Shown here: piece by piece, positions 59,301 through 64,000 of the stretch
Layout of the letters: every line of letters starts with the position of its first letter
How positions within the stretch are numbered: the stretch's first letter is position 1
From: Cenococcum geophilum
Taxonomy: Eukaryota
DNA length: 64,000 nt
Assembly: GCA_050273025.1 (NCBI GenBank)
Contig: CP158635.1
Coordinates: 10,168,001 to 10,232,000 of the forward strand
Reading direction: 5' to 3'
Made by a program: the position numbers and the translations under genes
Notes under the pieces: generated by a model
The model's input: only the letters and a program-made list of their open reading frames with translations
What the model was told of the DNA's origin: nothing
Database searches by the model: none

Positions 59301-62255
59301 CATTAATATACATAATATTAACCACGATTAAGTAGTTAAAATTAATATTATTATATAAGGTAAATCTGAATCTACTAGGCGACTTTCTATGTTTTTAATA
59401 ATAGTGGCAGTAACGTGTGAGATGGTTTAAAGTCTTACTATTAATGTCGTGCCCTAAGCGTTTAAGTATTTATGTAAGACACTTAACTAAAGGGTAGCCA
59501 AAGCGACGATATAGTTGTCTTAATTTAATATTAGTTAAGTAGTAAGGGTTTTAATTAAATAATATAGTTAAGTAGTTGCATAGGGATATGTTTTAAAGGA
59601 GGAATAGATAGCCAAAGCGATATATAACTAGTACTTCGCTCTAAGGGGTAATTAGTATATTTTTTAGGTTGTTAAAGTATACTTATAGTTAATCTATATC
59701 TATTAGGCAGAGTAAAAATAGGGTGTCGACTTTAATAATATAAAACTTAATTATGCTAATTAGGGTAGTTACTTTAGTTAATTTAATTAATGAGGTTAAT
59801 CTAATGCCGAATTATACATTAACTATACCTTATATAGTGGTATTAAGTTATATACCAGTATTAAGTCTTTAAAATGCTAGGAATTGGCTATATCCTACTA
59901 TAAATTGTTTAGATGCTCCTGTGTTAATTATTATACCTATAAAGTAGTCTGTAGTATAGCGGGACGTAAATATAGTTATATTATAGGTAAAGAGGTCCTA
60001 GTTGGTTATAAGAGGTATTATATTGTCTATAGTTATAACTAAATGGCTAAAGGCTTTATTAGCTAGGGTAGCAGCTATAGAAGTTACTTTATGCTATTTT
60101 ACTTGGCCGAAAGAGGTATAGAAGTAGTTAATATCTAGTTAAGAGTTCTTATCGGTTGCCTTATAATTTATATTAATAGTTAGTACTTAAAAAGCTTCCT
60201 TAAGCTCTTCTTCTAAGTCAATATTGTTATCTTCGTAGTCTATAATATATTAATTAAGTCGTTTATTAAATTAGTTATTAAATTTACTAAACTTGTCTCT
60301 ATTAGCGGTTCTAAACTTAGCTTTAGACTCTTCTTATTTTTCTTAGGTGTGGTTTTATAATCGGCAGCCTTCCTTATCACATACAAAGCAACATAGTTTA
60401 TAACGTGGAGAGAAATAAGGGCGGGTGCGGTCGCGGTTATAGTTTCGGTCGTAAGTTCAGTTTTAATATTAGTTATAATTTTAATACTAATTATGGTTAT
60501 TCTCCCTTCTAAAGTACCGACGATCTATATAGTAAGCTTAAGTTTAAGCTTGCTTTAGGTTCTGTTTTTTATAAGCCATAATTAAGGACTATAGTTTATT
60601 AATAAGGGGGCCTAGTTCTTAAGGTAGGTCTAATACAGCGAATTGGCATGCGTGAATTCCCTAGTAAGACGTAATAAGTTTATTGGTTAGGAATAGTATT
60701 ATTCGTAGTTCTGGGGTAAGGCTATACTATAGTTGGGAGAATATATCAATTAACATTTAGAGGCAATCGCTAGTCGATTTGTCTATGTTCTTATCCATTA
60801 TCGTCCTTAATAAGATTGCATTCTATTTACTAAGGTTCTTGCATTCTAAGCCAGGGCCTTTAAAGAAATTGCAAAGGTGCCTATAAGCGTCTTCAAATAA
60901 GAGATTACTAAGTCCGCTATTAAAGTACTAGTTTAAGGCTAGACCTATTAATATAATTGGTAAAGCTTTATTATAAGCCTCTTATAGAACATTAGATCGG
61001 TTATAAATATTATAAAAGATAGTAAGTTTATAATCGAAGCTGCTATTTATACCATTGTATTTAAATTCCTCTATATACATCTTTACTATGTTAGAAATCT
61101 CTTTGCCCTATTTTAGTATAGTTAGTATCTATAGGAGGGGAGCGGTTTGGGGTCGTAGGGTTACATATAGTAAAGGTCCTACTAGTGTTCCTTTAGATAG
61201 TAGTGGGGTTGTAGTCTGGACACTTAATAGTTGTTATAGTTAAAATAGGGTTATATAAACTATTAGGTCTTATAATACTTTATAGTTAAGACTACGCTTA
61301 AGTATATTATTTATTTTATTTAACTAAAACCTATTTCTATCTAGCTCATTATATACCTTATCTAAGTTCTCTTAAGTCTAGGAATATTAGCGTTCTTCTT
61401 AGGTTAATTTAAACAAGAGTTGCGCATATATTATGCGTTTCTCCTTTATATATATATATACTCCTCCGTGTTATAGGAAGGTATATATACTTTAAAGGTA
61501 CTATATATTTACTTTTAAAAATATATTAATACTAAATGTTTTAAAATCGTCTTAGAAGGAGGACCAAAGTCTATTATCTATTAACTTATACTCGTTGTAT
61601 TCCCATAACTTAAATAGTATAAAGTCTGTAAGGTCTTTACTAGTTACCGTTTATATATTAATCCCATTCCTCTATTATTCTATTTCTGCCTTCTAGTCTA
61701 TAGGTATAGCCATTTTAAAAGAAATAAGGAAGATGCGTAGAATAGTTTAGGGGACGGTTTAAGTAGTCGTTTAAGGGACAGTTTAAGTGGTAGTTAAGGT
61801 AGTCACGTTCTTAGTGTAGTCGCGTTCTTAACGTGGTCACGTTAACTACTAGTACAGTAGTATATCTCTAGTTAAGGTAGAGCGTTAGACGTCTTCTAAA
61901 TCTAGAGTACTTTAATTCTCTTTAACTGAAATAGGGCCTTTATAAGGTGGAGCGTAAACATCTTCTAAATAAGTGCATATCTCCTAATCTATACGCGCTT
62001 ACTAATTAGTATTAGTATGACTTTTATAACGTGCAGAATATATATATTATAATAATATATACTATGCGGTGTTATAGATAGATGATTAATTCTCTAAGAT
62101 CTACGCGTCGCGAGAGGTAAGGCTTGTCGCGTGTTCTCCTGTGACCTCTGTTAACCAATCACGATTTTCCATGCCCGGCATAGAAAATCGCCATTAGCTC
62201 ACTTACTACTAGCGCCTTAGCCGCCCTTACGATGTGTCTAACACTTCTAGCTACA
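56304..62255 (-). mobile_element. Full-length Ty1/Copia LTR retrotransposon, RIP-degraded, nested in transposon copy 2
   Basis: 246-bp LTRs at 56304-56549 and 62010-62255; 5-bp TSD TTAAC; copy 1 shows the empty site AGAGATTAACTAC. Minus-strand relics in Copia order (integrase before RT): RPLYGIP, IVGL(Q)T(DD)TL and RNase H IVH(W)S.VKCKRITRSVLASELY. Confidence 0.92.
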
Positions 62256-63519
62256 TTAACTACTACTACTAAAATATAGAAAGAGGCTGCTAAACGACAT
62301 AACCGTGTAGAAGTTAAAGGCAAGCATATATACCCGCTAATTAAATGTCATTACTGCCTTTAATAGCACTATAAGAACAAAAAGTATAGTATTATACACT
62401 GTCTTAAATTTAAATTAAAGTACTACCTATTATATGCTTACTACTAGGCATACTAGTCGGAAGTAATTAAATAGAAAAAAGCCATGCTTAACTTCCTAGA
62501 TCTACCGCTACTATTAAAGATTAGGTATAGTAAACGTATATAGAATAGGGAGGATAAAAAAGATATAAAGTTAGATAGCTATAAGCACCGTTAAGGTAAC
62601 TTTAGCAGCATAAACAAATTAATAAGCTCCCCCTTAAGACGACAGCGGTAATAAGGAGAGGCTTATACTATAGTTATATAATTACTAGCCAATCCTATTC
62701 CGTAGCAAGATTAATTAGTAGTAGTAACGGTTTTAATAAACCAGATATAGCAGCAGAACTAGTAGATGCTATAATAGGTATAGAATGCTATATAGGCGGC
62801 GATACCTCCTTCCATATAACTAACTATCGCCAATAGTTATTTTATAGTGGACCCTACACCAAATACAAGATTTTTATTAGTGCTGTTATTATAGAGCGCT
62901 CTATTGGTTCCAGCTTTATCCTCTAAAACGCCTACCTATTACTATCTACCCCTAACTATGCCTACAAACCTACTACCTAATAGCCCCACCTACAGCGATA
63001 TTAAACAATTAAATAGTAAGCTTAGCGCCTTTACTAAATAGCTATAAAGCCATTACCTAGTTATCGCTAACGCCTTTACTAAAGCGGAGTCAATTTTAAT
63101 TAAGGACTATAACTTTAAGTTACTTAAGCATGCGCTACTTAATAGTAGTATAGGCCATATAAAGCTGTATAGGATTGGTTTAATATATAGGCTTATTAAT
63201 CGTATAGTAAACTGCTTAGAAGACTTTAGAACGGATTAGTAATATTCTAATACTATAGCAGAGGCCTTACTTAACGTCTTAATTGGCAAGCACCCTATAT
63301 AGATATATTACAAAAGACCAGACCTTATCCTTTTTATACTACCTCTTAATTCCTACCCGTAAGAAATGGCCTTTTACCCTCTTATTAAATCCTTATTACT
63401 CTACCGCGTGGCTTAAAAAGTCACTAAAGTTATTTTATAGATTAGCTTTAAATTAATAAGCACGCAGCCACTGCTTTAAGTTATAGAAAGAAGCTTTAAT
63501 TGGATTAAAATTAGGTAAG

Positions 63520-64000
63520 TGTTAGAATGTATATGTCAGAATATATAGACAGAGGGTACGCGGTCACGTGTCTTTAATTAGTCACCCTTATAGTAACTAA
63601 TTAGCCCCCTACTTAGGCACTACAATCCTTACAATCCTTTGCTTCCATTAAAGAAGAACAATTATCATACTATTTACGAACTGTAGCTACGTAATATCAC
63701 CTTATATAACCAACACTAATTAGTAGTTAACTTTACTGTTATACTATAGAACAGCAAGGTATTCCACTAAGAAGAGACGAGCTACTATACCAGTGCTACT
63801 CGTGCTAAAGGAAGCTATCTTTTAAGGTTAGAACTGGTCCTAAACCTTAAATAGAACTCTTCTATAAATCTAAGGATCTAAAAGGCCAGAACTAGTCCTA
63901 AGCCTTTCTAAGATTATGGATTCTTGCGTCTATTACGTAGAACAATATACTTTATAAGTCTTCGCGATTTAAGGCCAGAACTGGTCCTAAGCCCTATAAT
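63520..64000. mobile_element. Third nested insertion, probably an LTR retroelement (LTR ~63520-63715), truncated by the window end
   Basis: Similarity to copy 1 stops abruptly at 63519. The new sequence begins TGTTAG and has ...CCAACA at 63715, followed by ~23-bp repeats AAGGCCAGAACTRGTCCTAAGCC. Confidence 0.6.

Larger units (their letters stand above)
55455..64000 (-). mobile_element. Tc1/IS630-like transposon copy 2, inverted relative to copy 1, interrupted twice and running out of the window
   Basis: The same 114-bp TIR at 55455-55568 (two G>A changes) follows TA. 55569-56303 and 62261-63519 are reverse complements of copy-1 internal sequence, read through the empty Gypsy site. Confidence 0.9.

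Noticed and set aside
23141..64000. Starship-type giant element carrying the NRPS
   Set aside because: No DUF3435 tyrosine recombinase captain or other Starship-associated genes are visible in the window.

Overview
Intron-containing eukaryotic DNA from a filamentous ascomycete (GT-AG introns with CTRAY branch sites, RIP-mutated repeats); it looks Dothideomycete-like, but the species is not established. Bases 1-23 kb hold housekeeping genes (FYV7-like, EF-2, RBM26/27-like, ERG5) interleaved with accessory loci: an orphan F-box-like ORF, a CorA-like pseudogene, a MITE-like hairpin, a satellite-filled Helitron-like relic and an apparently intact five-exon SAM + AAA-ATPase-like + PD-(D/E)XK nuclease gene (Crinkler/CR-type architecture). 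Bases 23-64 kb hold a divergent two-gene island: an intronless 5214-aa tetramodular NRPS and an RTA1-family exporter. The island is bracketed by two inverted copies of one RIP-degraded two-ORF Tc1/IS630-like transposon (114-bp TIRs, TA target duplication), each carrying nested LTR retroelements (a Gypsy chromovirus, a Copia and a third LTR element). All boundaries, splice models and alignments were read by eye; no database searches were run.
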